Below are positions 49,251 to 63,740 of a stretch of DNA of 64,000 bases, piece by piece; positions within the stretch are counted from its first letter, which is position 1; every line of letters starts with the position of its first letter. Both the position numbers and the translations under genes were made by a program. A model generated the notes under the pieces. The model was given only the letters and a program-made list of their open reading frames with translations. It ran no database searches and was not told where the DNA came from. Source of the stretch: Flaccisagitta enflata (lineage: Eukaryota); NCBI GenBank assembly GCA_965153355.1, contig OZ231126.1, positions 27,838,001 to 27,902,000 of the forward strand, read 5' to 3'.

Positions 49251-52200
49251 AGAATGGTAGAATTTTAGTTGTAAGGTTTATTTTCTGATGCATAATGATT
49301 TTTAACGAATCAATTTTAATCTTTTTTGACATTGAACATGCAATTTCCCACCGTTTTCATCTTTGCCGGTTCTGTACTTCATTAATAAAATTACATAATT
49401 TATTAAGTCGATACTTTCAAAGATATTCACCTGTTTAGCCCTTAGCATAATTGTATACTTCCCTTCATTTTTGAAATCTTGATGCATTGATTTGTTGACT
49501 TCTAATTAAAATTGGCAACCTAGTTTTCTTTTCTTTATATACAACACGGTTCCACTTGATATTGAATATTTCTGATGGTTCTGATTTTATGTTTTCAACA
49601 AATGGAAAGGATATAGAATGTTACGGCGGAATGCTTCTGATTTTGAAAAGAGGGCTGCAATGCTGATAAGCTAGCTGATACTGATCTCTTAGAGACAGAG
49701 ACAAATATTACCAGTATAATTTAACTACTTTTCTTTTCAAGTGATGTGCCAACATAGCTTCATGAAACCCTCCTTATTAAATCAAAGTGATGTCTTTAAC
49801 CAGGTCAGTCAGTATGTTTTTTCAACAGGGTTGTTTTGGTTGAGAAATTGGTTTTCTAACGGATCAATGCATATTGCAGATGCTTACCTCAATGGTAGAG
49901 ACTAGAGACATGGAGCGAAGATCTGCATGTGCTGAAACCATGCTTATCTCGGGAGAATAAAAGAAGCTACTAAGAGCTGCTCCTCTAATTTTTATGTGGG
50001 CCAACACACGTCAATACGAGGCTGTGTCCTATTGGTTGGTTCGTTACACGTGTGACGGTCCACACTACACCCCACTATGTCCGTTGGTTGGTCAGTCAGT
50101 CCCCATTTTACTTTTTTATATTTTTGTGGTCTTTGACCTCACTGCCCATGCCCAAATGCTCAAGTACACTAGTAATTGTAATTCTGCCCCTGCCCACCCA
50201 CACCCGACTCAGGTAGCTGTGTATCCGGCCTTGTTTTATTCCACTTTTTCAAAATGGCCGCCGTGAAGTATGGGGACATTGATCTTAGGAATACTACGGG
50301 TTTTTAGTCGCGTGCTGCGCGACTCTACACCCCGCTTTGTCCGTAGGTCAGCCGGTCAGTCGGTCGGTTGGTCAGTCGGTTGGTTGGTTGATCGGTGGGC
50401 TGGTCGGTCCCCATTTTACTTTTTTTGTTTTTGCGGTCTTTAGCCTCACTGCACTTGCCTAAGTGCCTTAGTAACTCAAATACTGCCCCTACCCACCCGC
50501 ACACGACTAAGGTAGCCGTGTATCCGGCCTTGTTTTCTTTAAATTTCATTCGTCTTTTTTTCTAGCCTTGTGTACCCCTCATGATTTATATATTGTTATG
50601 TTGTTGATTATGCATCAAATTATTGATAGTAAGGATACAAATAATTACTAGCCTGTACTGAAATGACCGAAACCAAAAAAATCGGAATTCTCCGAGCAGT
50701 TCATGTTGTGGAGCTGTCTTGGGCTTCAATTGTCATCATTTTTAACATTAATTGTTTACATTTTGGTTGCTGCGTCTTACCTTGTACTTCCTACTGATCT
50801 ATAGAATAAAAAATTCTAATTGCTCCAATATGAATTTTGACTGCAGTTTTGAAACTTGCATGAAAAATGGTCTGTTGAAAGTGCTTTTCTTTTTCTAAAA
50901 TTCCTTCGGGATCATTATCAAAATCCATGCAAAAGATTTTTAAAAAAGGTAAGTTCAATGATTTTACAAGGAAATTAAAAGGAAAGGTATGTTTTACTAC
51001 ATTTGACAGTACTTTTGACCACCTTCTAGTTGGAATATCAAAAAAATTATCAATTATCAGTTTTTTCTGCAGATTCCAAATCTGCAGTCAAAATTGGGAT
51101 TTGAGTACTTTAAAATTTTGGATTTGCTATAGGGGTAGGGTTACACGCTTTTCATGGATTTTTAACTGAGCCTTAGCGTTCTTATTGTTAGCCTTGGCGT
51201 TCTTATTGTTAGCCTAGAGGTTCAAACGTTCTTAAGATGTTCTTATTTTTAGATTGAATTTTTTTTTAAGTCTGTAATTATACTTAATTGTTACTATATT
51301 TTGTTATTCTAAACAATTGTTCTTAAATCATGATTTATTTAAAAATTATTTTTACAATACTTGTTATCAGATATTTCATCATATTTTATTAGCTTTTTTT
51401 TTTTGAAAACTAATTTTCTCATCTTTAAATCTACGGCTCGGCATGTTCTTAAGATGTTCTTATTTTTTTGCTAAATCTGATGCTGATGTTCTTATAAACA
51501 GTGTTCTTATAAAACATAAAGCGTGTTATAGAGGGTAAGGCGCGGCCACCTAAAAGTAGAATTTTAAAGCCAATAGTTATTTCAAAAGAAGCCTGAGACA
51601 GTCCCACTGTCTCCCACAACATGATCTGCTCGAAGAAGGTCGATTTTATTGCTTGTTATTTTGGAACAGGCTACTAAGTACTCATGTCATTTTATTTGCA
51701 ATTGTGAAATATCGTTTTTATCGCGAGTGAAGAAAAAATGATATAAAATTGAGTTTTTGATCGAATATGGAGGAACAAGTTCATTAGCTAATGAAGTCGA
51801 AAATTTCAGAAAAAAACCTTGTGTTTTGCACTTGCATCTCCTTACTCTATAAAAAACTCGAAGTGTAGCCTTTTATCAGTGCATGTCCATTTGTCAAATT
51901 AAAAAATGTTTTTTTCAAGATTTCATGAGTCACGGGAAGAAAAGATATTTTTGACTATCTTTACTTTCGCTGAAATAATAGGAAATGATTCAATTTGAAA
52001 ATAGATATGAATAATTGTCCCCATATTCCCTAATGATTTGATTAACAGACGTTTCTATTTCTCTCTCTCTATTTTGAAGAGTTCACGAATCAATAACCTA
52101 AACTATCGGCTACCTACCGCTGCAATGGAAAACTAAATAGGAAAAAAAACAGATGTGGAAAAAGTTATCAGTATCTCCCAATTATTGTCCCCGTGGCTAC

Positions 52201-52648
52201 ACTTCCATATGATGATGATCTTGTCTAAAGGCCTTTGGCATATTGACATATCAGATGTAAACACTCTAGACTGATTCCACTTAGCCACAGCTAGAGTACA
52301 GTTGCAATGAAAATACAATGCGAGGAGCCGCCAAATCTCTAGCAACCCCCCCTGCAGCGTTTACCGTGAATATAACAGGGGTGAGTAAAATGGTAAATGC
52401 TAGTATATTTCAATTCAATTCCCGCCATCAAGGCAATTTTTCAATTTCTTCATAGTATCCGAAATAACAGCCATAATGGGCAAAATTCAACAGTTGCAAA
52501 AATGGTTGATTTTGACCCTTTAAAAGGCTGTTTCTTGAAAACTAAATTGAAATGAAAAAATCGCTCCGATGGCGGGAATTCTATTAGGACAAGTTATCAG
52601 CTGCTACCTTAAAAATCAACTTAATATTAATCGTTTAAGCTGCAGGGG

Positions 52649-52728
<80 letters not shown>

Positions 52729-53532
52729 ACTTCGTAAGATGTGTTGCAAACCAAATGAAATGAACTTCTTCCATCCCTCTGGGCTCTGGCGACTTACTAC
52801 GACCCAAAGATTTTCAACCAGCATTGATTTCTCCTTTTGAAATTGAATCTTTGCATCGCCGGTCGGATTGCGATCATTTGAATCTGATAGTTGGTTGGTC
52901 CTTTGGTACTTCATTCACCATCTTGCAAGTGCTGTTTTTAGCCTTTTTCGTCGCCTGCGCGCTTTGACTCAATGTGAATAAAAAAGCAGATTAGTTCTTT
53001 TTGCCTGGTACTTTGCATCTCTATAAGCCACTTATTGGTCATTTGTGTCGATGTGGCGCGCATTTCGCTTCGCTGCTCCTGCCCACGTGCTTGACTGGTC
53101 TCATACATCTCCGCTCCTGTCCATCCGCTCGCGACCAAGTTAGCTGTGTATCCGGTTTGACATATCTATTCATCACGTAAATATCGATACACCCCGCTAT
53201 GACGGACCCAAGAATAAGGAAATCCGCCTATTATAGAAAATCTTGGTACTTTCAGGTGATTTCTTAGTGATGACAATAACAGAAATCTGCCTATACTGTA
53301 TTTTTTTGTAATTGGCGCCCCGGGCACTTATGAAATTAGATAGTAACATTTTTATTTTACCCTCTTATAACAACCCCTTTGATTTGAAAATTTTGTCATC
53401 TAGTGTTTTTAGTTGTGTGCTTCATGACTCCATACTTTGCTTCGTCTGTCCATCCGTCTGTTCGTCCGTTTGTCTGTTCGTCCGTTTGTCCCGTCACGTT
53501 GGTCCATCACATTTTAGTTTTATTCCTTTTAA

Positions 53533-54013
53533 CAGTCTACGGACAAAACGAGGAGAGTAGATTTTGCTGATCACCGTTATCATGCTTAGACGTAGTTTGT
53601 TTTAAAATGTAGGCTTGTAATTACCTCATAGAAAATTACTGAGGACTGAAAGAAACTAACGCAAGAACGATTACTACAGGGAGGCCATGTAAAATCATGA
53701 AAGAAGTTTCTTCATGATTGAAAGCAAATATTGCCATCATGTTGCAGGGTCGGCCAGAGGGGGTCAATCTTAGCCCAGATGGAGGTCTCAAGTCCCAGGG
53801 GTGACTGCATGCCAACTTTTGCTTTCAATTAAAAAGAAGTTCTTTTTATGATTTTACATGGCCTCCCTGTAGTAATCGTTCTTCCATTAGTTTCTTTCAG
53901 TCCTCAGTAAGTTTCTAAAAGGTAATTAAAAGCCTACATTTTGAAATAAACTATGCAAAAGCATCATACCGGTGATCAGCAAAAACTACTCTCCTCGTTT
54001 TGTCCATAGACTG
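53533..54013. mobile_element. palindromic MITE inserted at TTAA within a HINE
   Basis: TTAA|CAGTCTACGGACAAAACGAGGAGAGTAG...CTACTCTCCTCGTTTTGTCCATAGACTG|TTAA. Confidence 0.85.
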
Positions 54014-55065
54014 TTAAGTCATTGTGAGTCAAATAATATCATTTTAAGTTATTATAGGTCATTTTAAGTACATTTGTCATTTTAGGTCATTTTAAGTACA
54101 TTTGTCATTTTAGGTCAATTTTCGTCATCAGTCATTTTAGGTCATTTTTAGTCTAATTCATTGAAAGTGATTTTAATCATGTAGTTATACAATTAGGTAA
54201 TTATGTAAGTCTCGCACGTGACTTAAAGGTGTTGGCCTTGTTTTTAACGAATGCTACTAGAAATACAAAGATTAGGATAAAGTTTATGCATGTGGTGTGT
54301 TTTGCCTATTATCTTTTTGGTATTGTTAAAAAAAATCATAATCTAATAATATAAAGAGCAGAAAGAGGGGCAATAAACGGAAAACCTACAGTAAAATGTT
54401 AACTGTGATGGCTCCTTGACACACGTTTTTTCCGGTTTAATCGTAGTAAGGATGATATTTACAGAATCTAAATCACAAAAAAAAAGCGCTTCATCTGTGG
54501 ATTTATGCAGTTATAAGAATTTCACGGATACCTCTGTGGATTTATGCAGTTATAAGAATTTCACAAATACCTTTTCTCATCATTCGTGGCATGGTATCGG
54601 TCAGTTTTTCCATCTCCACTTTCCAAATTTGTGGCCGATCTACGAATAAGGCAAAATGACATCGTGTGTCGACGTGTCTTTCTCTAAAGAAAGTTTTTTT
54701 TCCCTTAGTTAAGTCAAAAATCACGAATTTGCCGGGAAAAGGATTCTCTTGTTTCTCTCTCTCTCTCGTCTTTCTTTTCCTGGCTCTAGACAGTGCAACA
54801 GAGAATCTAAGCGGGATCTTCCATACTAATCCTTTGTTAAGTTTGCTATCTGAGTCTGTTAAATGGTATTTCACAAATTTTCTCAAAATATTTTTCCTCT
54901 GCTACTCACAATATCGCGTTTGTCTTTCGCTCCTAGATATTATTTGAAGAGAGGAGAAATTGGAAGAGGATTGTTAAGGTGATCCGAGATGTATAAATTT
55001 TATGCCCTCGCGCTCAAATTGCCTGATTTTGGCCTTGCGCATTGAAGGTTGTCATTCTATGTATC

Positions 55066-55137
<72 letters not shown>

Positions 55138-55996
55138 GACAGACAGACTGACTCGTGAGCACACACACACAGATGCAGGTGAGCACACACACAAACATAG
55201 ATGCTGGTGAGCACACACACAAACACAGATGCTGGTGAGCAGTTAGCACACTAACCGAAGATCCGAAGATGAAAAGATAATGGGTAGAAACTAAATGAGA
55301 CATAAAAAGAGACAGAGGGGAAAGAACAGACACATTTAGAGACAACCACATACAGAAACCCAAAGCGAGAACGGGAGAAAAAATTTAAAGGGAATGAATA
55401 TGATTGTAGGCAAGGAATAGTGTTGCCTTGTCTTCAGTTCCTGTGGTTTTAATTCGACATTTTCAGCGTTCTATCTTTGTGTCATTTTCTTTCCAACTGC
55501 GGCTTTTCTCTATTTCTCTCTCTCTCTCTCTCTTCAAGTTATAAATCTGGGTATCCACACACCAAAAAAGAACAAAAAAGATGAATCTTCAATGGCGTTT
55601 CTCTTCATCTTCTCCCTTTTTTTGAGACAAAATTTGATTTTTGCACATTTTCGCGGACCGATGAAGAAAAAAAAACGAATTAATGACTTCTTGCTGTTTC
55701 AATCTCTCAATTCAGAAAAAAGATTATCTTAATTCAAGAAAGAATTTTCTTCGAACGGTTTCATAATTCATTCTCGAATTTTTTCTCCCATCCGATTGGA
55801 ATGTGCTGTAAAATTTGAATCGCCCAAGTGCAACGATGATCCACTGCTCGGTCTACTCAAATGTTTGTTGCGTGTGGCAAGGACGATGAATCGTCAAGCT
55901 ACGTCGCGTCAGCTGTTTCGTAATGTTACGTGAACGTACACATTTTGAAGATCAAATAGAACGGTCTTCTCGCGTTTCTTCCATCCACTAGTCAAG

Positions 55997-56348
55997 ATGG
56001 GGTTATTTCAGAGCGTTTTCTCGATTTCCGACGAAGCGGATGCGGACTTGGATCCATTCCAGTGTCAAGAAGGGACTTACAAGAAGTTGGATATTGACGC
56101 TGTCGCCGCCGCTGCCAAAGCCCGAGAAGAACAAGCCACGGCGAACAAGAAATCCGCTCATAAGATATTTCTTACGGCGCCTCGTCGGAAAAGGAAAGAA
56201 GGGGGAGCGGCGGAAACAACGACGCGGAATGGAAAGAGAGTCGTCGCCTTGAAAAGCAGACATTCGGAGAAGGTCGTCGTCATTAAAGACAGACCTAAAC
56301 CCATCGTCCTTGGGCCCGAGGCCTCCTTAACCGTCGATGGGCCGGCAG
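55997..56348 (+). CDS. candidate first coding exon (MGLFQS..., basic/Ala-rich)
   Basis: AAGATGG Kozak context, GC-rich coding-like 117 codons, donor GCAG|gttata in phase 1 (same phase as the donor at 39094). Confidence 0.6.
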
Positions 56349-57315
56349 GTTATATGCGCAATTGCTTTTCAGTCTCGTGCATTCGACTATGTACCAGCTT
56401 AGGGGCTTTCGACTCTAAGTGCTGAGATTCTTACTCTTTGCTGGATATGTGCACCATTTGATGGTGGAGGACAGCCCCTGAAATTTCTGATCCATTGGAC
56501 AATGCAAAACCTGGGCCGTCACCCCCTCATTTCCAATAGATTATGTAAATGAGGGAATTAAGCTCTTTTTCCAGCATATGTTTTACTTAGGGAAAGGCGA
56601 TGGGTGGCGGCTTAGGTTTTGCCGTATCCAATGGGTCTTGAATTTTAGGGGTGTCTTTTATCATCAAATGGCCAGCGAACATGAAGGATCTGAGCACATT
56701 GGGCCAAAAGACCCCGGGCTGCTCTATACCCCCACTTAGTCCGTTCACTTGCTTTGGCTTCCAATAAGGGCTTGTAATCAAGTCACACATTTTCCACGGA
56801 TCTACTCGTTCAAGCGCGGCTTTTGCAAGAAGGCTTCTGCTCAAAAAGGTCAAATTGTTTTCCTACGTTACTTCCGCTACTCACTCGCTGGTGACTGATG
56901 TTGCGAGCATCTGTCCGTCAGTAACGGTTTTTTTTGTGTGATAACCTCATGTCGGAAGAAAGCGCAAAGGAATTTGGCCCTATTGTCCTTGTTTTGCGGT
57001 TGAAATTGGTTTTCGTGAATCCTCAACAAAGCCGGATACACGGCTACCCCAGTCACGTGCTGGTGGGCAGGGACCTTATTTGAGGTCACTTGACCATTTC
57101 GGCAGAATGAGTGAGGTCAAAGAATAAAAATTTTAAAAAAGTAAAATGTGACAGACCAACTGACCCGCAGACGGACAGACTGAAAAATTGACAATTACGT
57201 ATTATTGTTGTACTTCGGATCCTTAAGTATTTTCAATAATGAATGTCAAATAACTTGAAAACATGGCCGAAATTCGACCTGCGGATGCGTCCTTAGTACT
57301 TTTCACTGCGCATTT

Positions 57316-57384
<69 letters not shown>

Positions 57385-57500
57385 CTTGATATTACGTTCT
57401 CGAAAAAAAAACCGCCAGATGGACGGACGGATGGACCAATAGATGGACACGGAGTCTTTTTGATCGAGGACACGTCATGTTTAATAAGGCCGGTTACACG

Positions 57501-58115
57501 GCTAACCATGGGCAAAAAAAAAACCGTACATGGCGGTTTTTGATGCCTTTGACCGGCTTGGTTTCAATGAAAATATAAAAAATTGGTGACCGTTTGAAAG
57601 ATCGTCGAAAGTTCTTCAAATCTAGACCAAGCAGAAAGTTGTAGCTCAATTCCTTTAGAAATGGCAACCGTTTGAAGTGAGCATCCCCATAATCTGTCAA
57701 TTGAAGGGATTCAGTTCTTTTAGTTTTGTCTTTAAAAGCATGAAAAACATATTTGACAAAAGGAAGCTAAAAAAAATTTAAGGGAAAATGAAAATATAAC
57801 TTATTATCTACAAAATGGCGCCAAGCAGACCTTTTTAAGTCAATCCGTTTAGAAATGGTAATCAACTAAAGACATTTAGTCCATAAATACAGGTTAGTGA
57901 AAAATGTCATATCTGGCAGATTTCAATTTGATACTTTTTTTTTCAAATTAATATATCTTCTAGAGTTTTCAAGTTAGAATTTCGTTCAACGACTCATATC
58001 AAAGATTTTTCGAAGCTCTTTAAAATGGTCACAGATTTTATGTACTTTCTCAAAATCAGCGCCAAGTTAGTGTAGAAATAAGCAATGTACGGTTTTTTTC
58101 TTGCTCATGGTTAGC
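57501..58115. mobile_element. TIR element interrupting a family-A HINE
   Basis: GCTAACCATGGGCAAAAAAAAAACCGTACAT...ATGTACGGTTTTTTTCTTGCTCATGGTTAGC. Confidence 0.65.
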
Positions 58116-60214
58116 TTCGCGTGTGGGTGGGCAGCGGCATTGATAAAATGGCTAAGTCACAGTGCAAACGAGTTCGCAATTTGACAAGTCAAAACGATTT
58201 ATATGATATTTTTTATCTTATCTATTCAAAGAATTTTTATGTAGATAAAGGATTTGTGGTTGGTAATCATCAATTTTTTGCATAGAAAAACGTTTTTCTG
58301 TACCATATGCTTAGGAAATGTGAGAAAAAAGCATGCGAAATTGATGGATTTTTAACAAAAATTGATTCTTGTGCATTGACATGTCTCACGTAAAAAACCG
58401 AATCTGTCTCTGAATTCAAAATTTTGCATTTTGAAAAACATGGCATCAGTCTAAACACTTTTAAGAAACAGGCCATGTGTTTAGAAATGCAAAATTTTGC
58501 ATTCAGAGACAGATTCGGTTTTTTACGTGGCAATATCTAAAGTTTTCCGTGCAATTTTTTTCCAAGAATTCTGTTGTTTCACTGAGTATGCTGTGACTTT
58601 ACCGATGCGAGATCAATACCATTGGTCAGTTAACCGGTTTTTAATTAATTTAGGGAGTATAAAGCATGCATAACACTTTAGTTTTTGCCACATTTCCGCT
58701 GCATAGCAGTGTAATCTATCACAGTACAGAACGATTTGTCAAATTTGGCGCTGTTCTGCACCACGACCTAACCAAGCGTTTTGGCAGGAGCAGAAATGCA
58801 AATAAGGCCCGTGCACACGCGGCCTCACACTGTGTATCGTAGGTGTATCAAGCGTGCACGCGAACGGAAAGCGCCTGACTACATAACACCTAACGCTCAA
58901 TGGCTCCTTTCCTTCAGGCTACAGCCGTTTCGCACAGGCATAACAATAGTGAAGTTGCAACAATATTTTGAATCATACAATGAGATTAAGGTGTCATTTT
59001 TGGGAGGCGACACCGTCATTGTTTATTCAAGGGAATTGAGTCTTCTCTTCTTTTTTTTGTAACAGACAATCGCGAAAGTTTTTAAAATGTGCCTGATGAC
59101 GTCAGTTTGACACGTTTATTTTTGGTGGTTTTTCCCTCGATGTTGTTTTGAAGTTTGCGATGACAAACTTGGAACTAATTTTCTGCTTTAACTATAGTTA
59201 ATGACAAGACAAATACTTCAACACGGTGATGATTCTACTTCCTCGCAAGATCCGGCCCGCCATCTCCCGGCGGTAATAAGGAATTAGTTCCTTTGGCACA
59301 GCCCTCGAAATATTCCATTCAAACATTAAGAAAAAAAATCTACCGAAAATGACAAGATCCCGGGATTTTATTTTTCTCACTTAGGCCAATACATTTCTCC
59401 AGATCGGAGTGTTTTTCTGGCGTGTCGAGGTGGATTTTCGGGTGTCAGGTTTTTTTTTTAATTGGGCAGATTGTTGCAACGTTAAGTGGTCAGAGGCGTG
59501 TGAAACGTGAAAGGCTTTGCTTTGTTGAGTGCAGAGAAGGTAAGATGGAAGGAAGGCAAGAAAGATGTAAGAAATCAAAGCTCAAGGAAGAAAGGAAGGA
59601 TGGACCTGAGAGTAAAGCTGTAATGAAGGAAGACTGGAATTAAGGGAAGCTTGAATATAGGAGAAAGAGAAGATGGAAGAGAGGTAAGGAGGGTGACTGG
59701 TTAGTGGTAAGAGGGAAAGATGGATGAAAGGGGAAAGAGGAAAGGAAGGAGAGATGGAAAAGAATGGACAGTTGGAATCGATGGAGAAGTTTAAACAAAT
59801 GGAGAGGATGGGGGGGGGGTTGAATTCGGCGATGAAGCGATGGGGAGAGTTGAAAAACGAAGATGGGAGAGATTATGAGATATAACTCATATAAGTCATA
59901 AGTTTAAAGTCATAAGACAAGATTCTTACTCACACTCAGTGGATTTCAAATCAAATTAAATGATGAAAGAATATATGTTGCAACTCTTTGTGGTATACAA
60001 GATTTCCCGTGGCATTTCCGGTTCTCAACTCTGTGTCCACTGGTTGATTTCTTTTCCCTCTAGGAATTATGGAGGCTCCAAGTTTTTTTGTCCCCGACGA
60101 ACTGTTTTCGTCGGTGGACTATGAGATAGCCCGTTTGTGCTAGTCTGTCTGTGTCTGTGTCTGTGCAAAACCTTCTTTTGATCCAGACTTCAGAAGTTCA
60201 TGAAACTTTACCAG

Positions 60215-61054
60215 CAGGGTTGGAAGGGTGGATTAATCCATTTGAAAAAATCCTAGATTAATCCAAATGGATAAAATGGATTTTTTCAAAAGAATTTTTG
60301 AAAAAATCTTGATTTTTTGGATTTTTTCAAATTTTGGCAAAAATGACTGGACTTTGGAGGAAAATGTTTTTAAATGATTTCTAGTCCTAAATGAGACTAA
60401 CTTTAGTTTTCTCACGTTCACTAGATTCATAGATTCTGTTCAGCCTCCAAATGTGTTCTGAAATATTTTCACCTCCTCATGACCTCAAGCACCTTCAACT
60501 CAGTGCGATTGAATCCATGATACAGTTGACAGCTAGCAATCTATTGCATAAATAACATTTTAAGTCGCGTGCTACACGACTCTACACCCTGCTTTGTTGG
60601 TCACACTTAAATTAGGATTTTTGGCCTCGCTGCTCCTGCCCAAATGATCTGGTGACCTCAAATAAGGCCCCAGTCCACCCGCACGCGACTGAGGCAGCCA
60701 TATATTCTGTCTTGTATCAAGAATGCGTTCATATTATCTTATTAAACAAATAGTTTTATCTTTTTATCATATCTTTGTGTATGTAATTTTCGCAGGAATA
60801 TACCTTTGAACTTAAATGATAAATCCCATTTTCTTTATCTACCACAGGCCATTGCTGTTACAATCGCGATATATTCATTATATTAATCGTTTCTGTTATT
60901 CATCACATTTCATCATTTTTTGCCCTATATCAACTTTATCATATTGTATAGCACATTTTTGAAAAAATCCACAACACGATTTTATCCAGATTAATCCAAA
61001 TGGATTAATCCAATTGGATTTTTTCAAAAAAAAATGGATTTTTTAACAACCCTG
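60215..61054. mobile_element. hAT-like element
   Basis: TTTACCAG|CAGGGTTG...CAACCCTG|TTTACCAG, perfect 8-bp TSD. Empty site in the paralogous HINE near 40770. Confidence 0.9.
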
Positions 61055-61839
61055 TTTACCAGTGTTATTATTATGTCAATGGGAGCTTGTGTACCAATTT
61101 TCAGAAAAATTCACAAACTTTTACTACCCTTTGCCTATTACTTTTGTAGTAATATTTAACTGGGACTTAGGTGGTTTACATAGGTAGAGGGTAGTAAAAG
61201 TATGTGAAATTTTTTCTAATTTGGTATACAAGTAGAGGATAGTAAATAAACCACCCCTACAAAATTCGAATTAAATCTGAAGCCTGGTTTATAAGATATT
61301 AGCTTATTTATGTAGTAATATATTACTAGGACTTAGGCAGTTTACATAGGCAAAGGGTAGTAAAAGTTTATGAATTTTTTTTTAATTTGGTATACAAGTA
61401 GAGGATAGTAAATAAACAACCCCTGCAAAATTCGAATTAAATCTGAAGCCTGGTTTATAAGATATTAGCTTATTTATGTAGTAATATATTACTAGGACTT
61501 AGGCAGTTTACATAGGCAAAGGGTAGTAAAAGTTTATGAATTTTTTTTTAATTTGGTATACAAGTAGAGGATAGTAAATAAACAACCCCTGCAAAATTCG
61601 AATTAAATCTGAAGCCTGGTTTATGAGATATTAGCTTATTTATGTAGTAATATGTTACTAGGACTTAAGCAGTTTTCTTAGGCACATAGGCAAAGTAAAA
61701 GTTTATGAATTTTTTTAAAACTTAGTAAACAGATAAATAATGTCAATTAAACAGCTCCTGCAAAATTCGATTTAAATCTGAAGTCTGGTTTATGAGATAT
61801 AAACTTATTTATGTAGTAATATATTACTGTTGTGGGGGC

Positions 61840-61871
<32 letters not shown>

Positions 61872-62804
61872 GCCGTCAAGGACTCCAAGGACCAAGGTTT
61901 GCCTTCTCGGACTTCAGTGTTTAATGTTCAAGGTGTGCCGTCATGGACTTTAAGATATGCCGTCATGGACTTTAAGGTATCCCGTCATGGACATCAATTA
62001 TTTTTTCAAAAAAAATTTTGGATCGAATTAGTTAAAGATGTCTCATGTAGGGTAGCAAGGGGTGGGAGGGGCCCCCCGGTGGGGGGGTGAGACCACCCCT
62101 CGCCCCACCCCTCCCACCCCTCGGTTGAAATTGACCACCCCTTGGTTTACCCCTCCCACCCCTCGGTTTACCCCTCGGTCCACCCCTTGGTCCTCCCCAC
62201 CCCACCCCCCACCCCACCCTTCACCCCACCCCTCGGTTTTTTTTATACTTCAAAAATTTGATAAAATTGCTAGTTTGCAAAAAATACAAAAATCTCATTT
62301 ACATATTGCAGTATCAATACCTTTAAGTTCCGGGGATTTCATAATTCAAAAAACCAAAAAGGGTGGTGGTGGGGGAGGGTGGTGATTCAAACTGAAATTG
62401 TTTATAAAATACACGACTATTATTTAAGCTAAAATGAAAACGTCTACCCCTCGGTCTACCCCTCGGTCAACCTCCGGGTCTACCACTGGGTCTACCCCTC
62501 GGTTCTTTTATATACTTCAAAAATTTGATAAAATTGCTAGTTTACAAAAAGTACAAAAATCTCATTTACATATTGCAGTTTCAATACCTTTAAGTTCAAG
62601 GAATTTCATAATTCAAAAAACCAAAAAGGGTGGTGGTGGTGGAGGGAGGTGGTTCAAACTGAAAATACACAGCTATCATTTAATTTACAGCCTAGATAAA
62701 AGAAACATTTTGCAGATATATATATAGACAATTTTCCCATAGCAAGTAAAATATTTCATTCGTGGTAAAACAAAACCTTTTACCTTAAGCAAGTTAAAAT
62801 GTGC

Positions 62805-63740
62805 CTAACCCCAACACAACCCCTCACCCTAACACAACCCTTAACCCTAAACTCAACTTTACCCCTAGCCCTAAACCTAACACAACCCTTAACCCTAAAC
62901 CTAATACAACCCTTAACCCTAAACTCAACATTACCTCTAACCCTAAACCCAATACTACCTTTAACCCTAAACTCAACATTACCCCTAACCCTAAACCTAA
63001 CACAACCTTTAACCCAACTTAACCAACCTTAACCCTAAACCTCAACAGCAACCTTAACCTAAACCCAACACTACCTGTAACCTTAAACTCAACACTACCC
63101 CTAACCCAAAACCAAACACAACCCCTAACCCTTAACTTATGTTTAGTCCTTAATGTTAAACCTTATTAAGACTAACTTGAAACAGACCCTAACCCTTTCC
63201 CACAAAGGCACTTCATTTATGCAGGTTATTGATACAGGTTATTTATGCAGGGTTATGATTTCAAATTAAAGGTTAAGGTTGTGTTTTTTTAGTTAAGGTT
63301 AGGGCTGGACATAAATGTTAAGGTTAAGGTTAGGGGTTGTGTTGGGTTTAAGGTTAGGGGTTGTATTAGGTTTAGGGTTAGGGGTTGTGTTAGGTTTAGT
63401 GTTTTTTTAATTAGGAATAGCGCTGGATATAAATGTTAAGGTTAAGGTTAGGGACTGTGTTGGGTTTAGGGTTAGGGATTGTGTTGGGTTTAGGGTTAGG
63501 GGTTGTATTGGGTTTAGGGTTAGAGGTTGTGTTGGGTATAGTGTTTTTTTCAAATAAGGTTAGAGCTGGATATAAATGTTAAAGTTAAGGTGAGGGGTTG
63601 TGTTGGGTTTAGGGTTAGGGGTTGTATTGGGTTTAGGGTTAGGGGTTGAGTTGGGTTTAGAGTAAGGGGTTGTGTTGGGTTTAGGGCTAAGGGTTGTGTT
63701 AGATTTAGGGTTAGGGGTTGTGTTAGGTTTAAGGTTAAGA
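62805..63740. repeat. inverted pair of 24-bp telomere-like minisatellite arrays
   Basis: (AACCCTAAACCTAACACAACCCYT)n at 62805-63135 and its reverse complement (GGGTTAGGGGTTGTGTTGGGTTTA)n at 63270-63740. Confidence 0.85.

Noticed and set aside
56587-56853. 88-aa minus-strand ORF with an apparent paralogous peptide on the plus strand
   Set aside because: 56401-56715 is a degenerate palindromic MITE; the similarity comes from its arms.
62805-63740. Telomere-telomere fusion scar
   Set aside because: Orientation is opposite to a fusion, and the unit is a 24-mer rather than pure TTAGGG.
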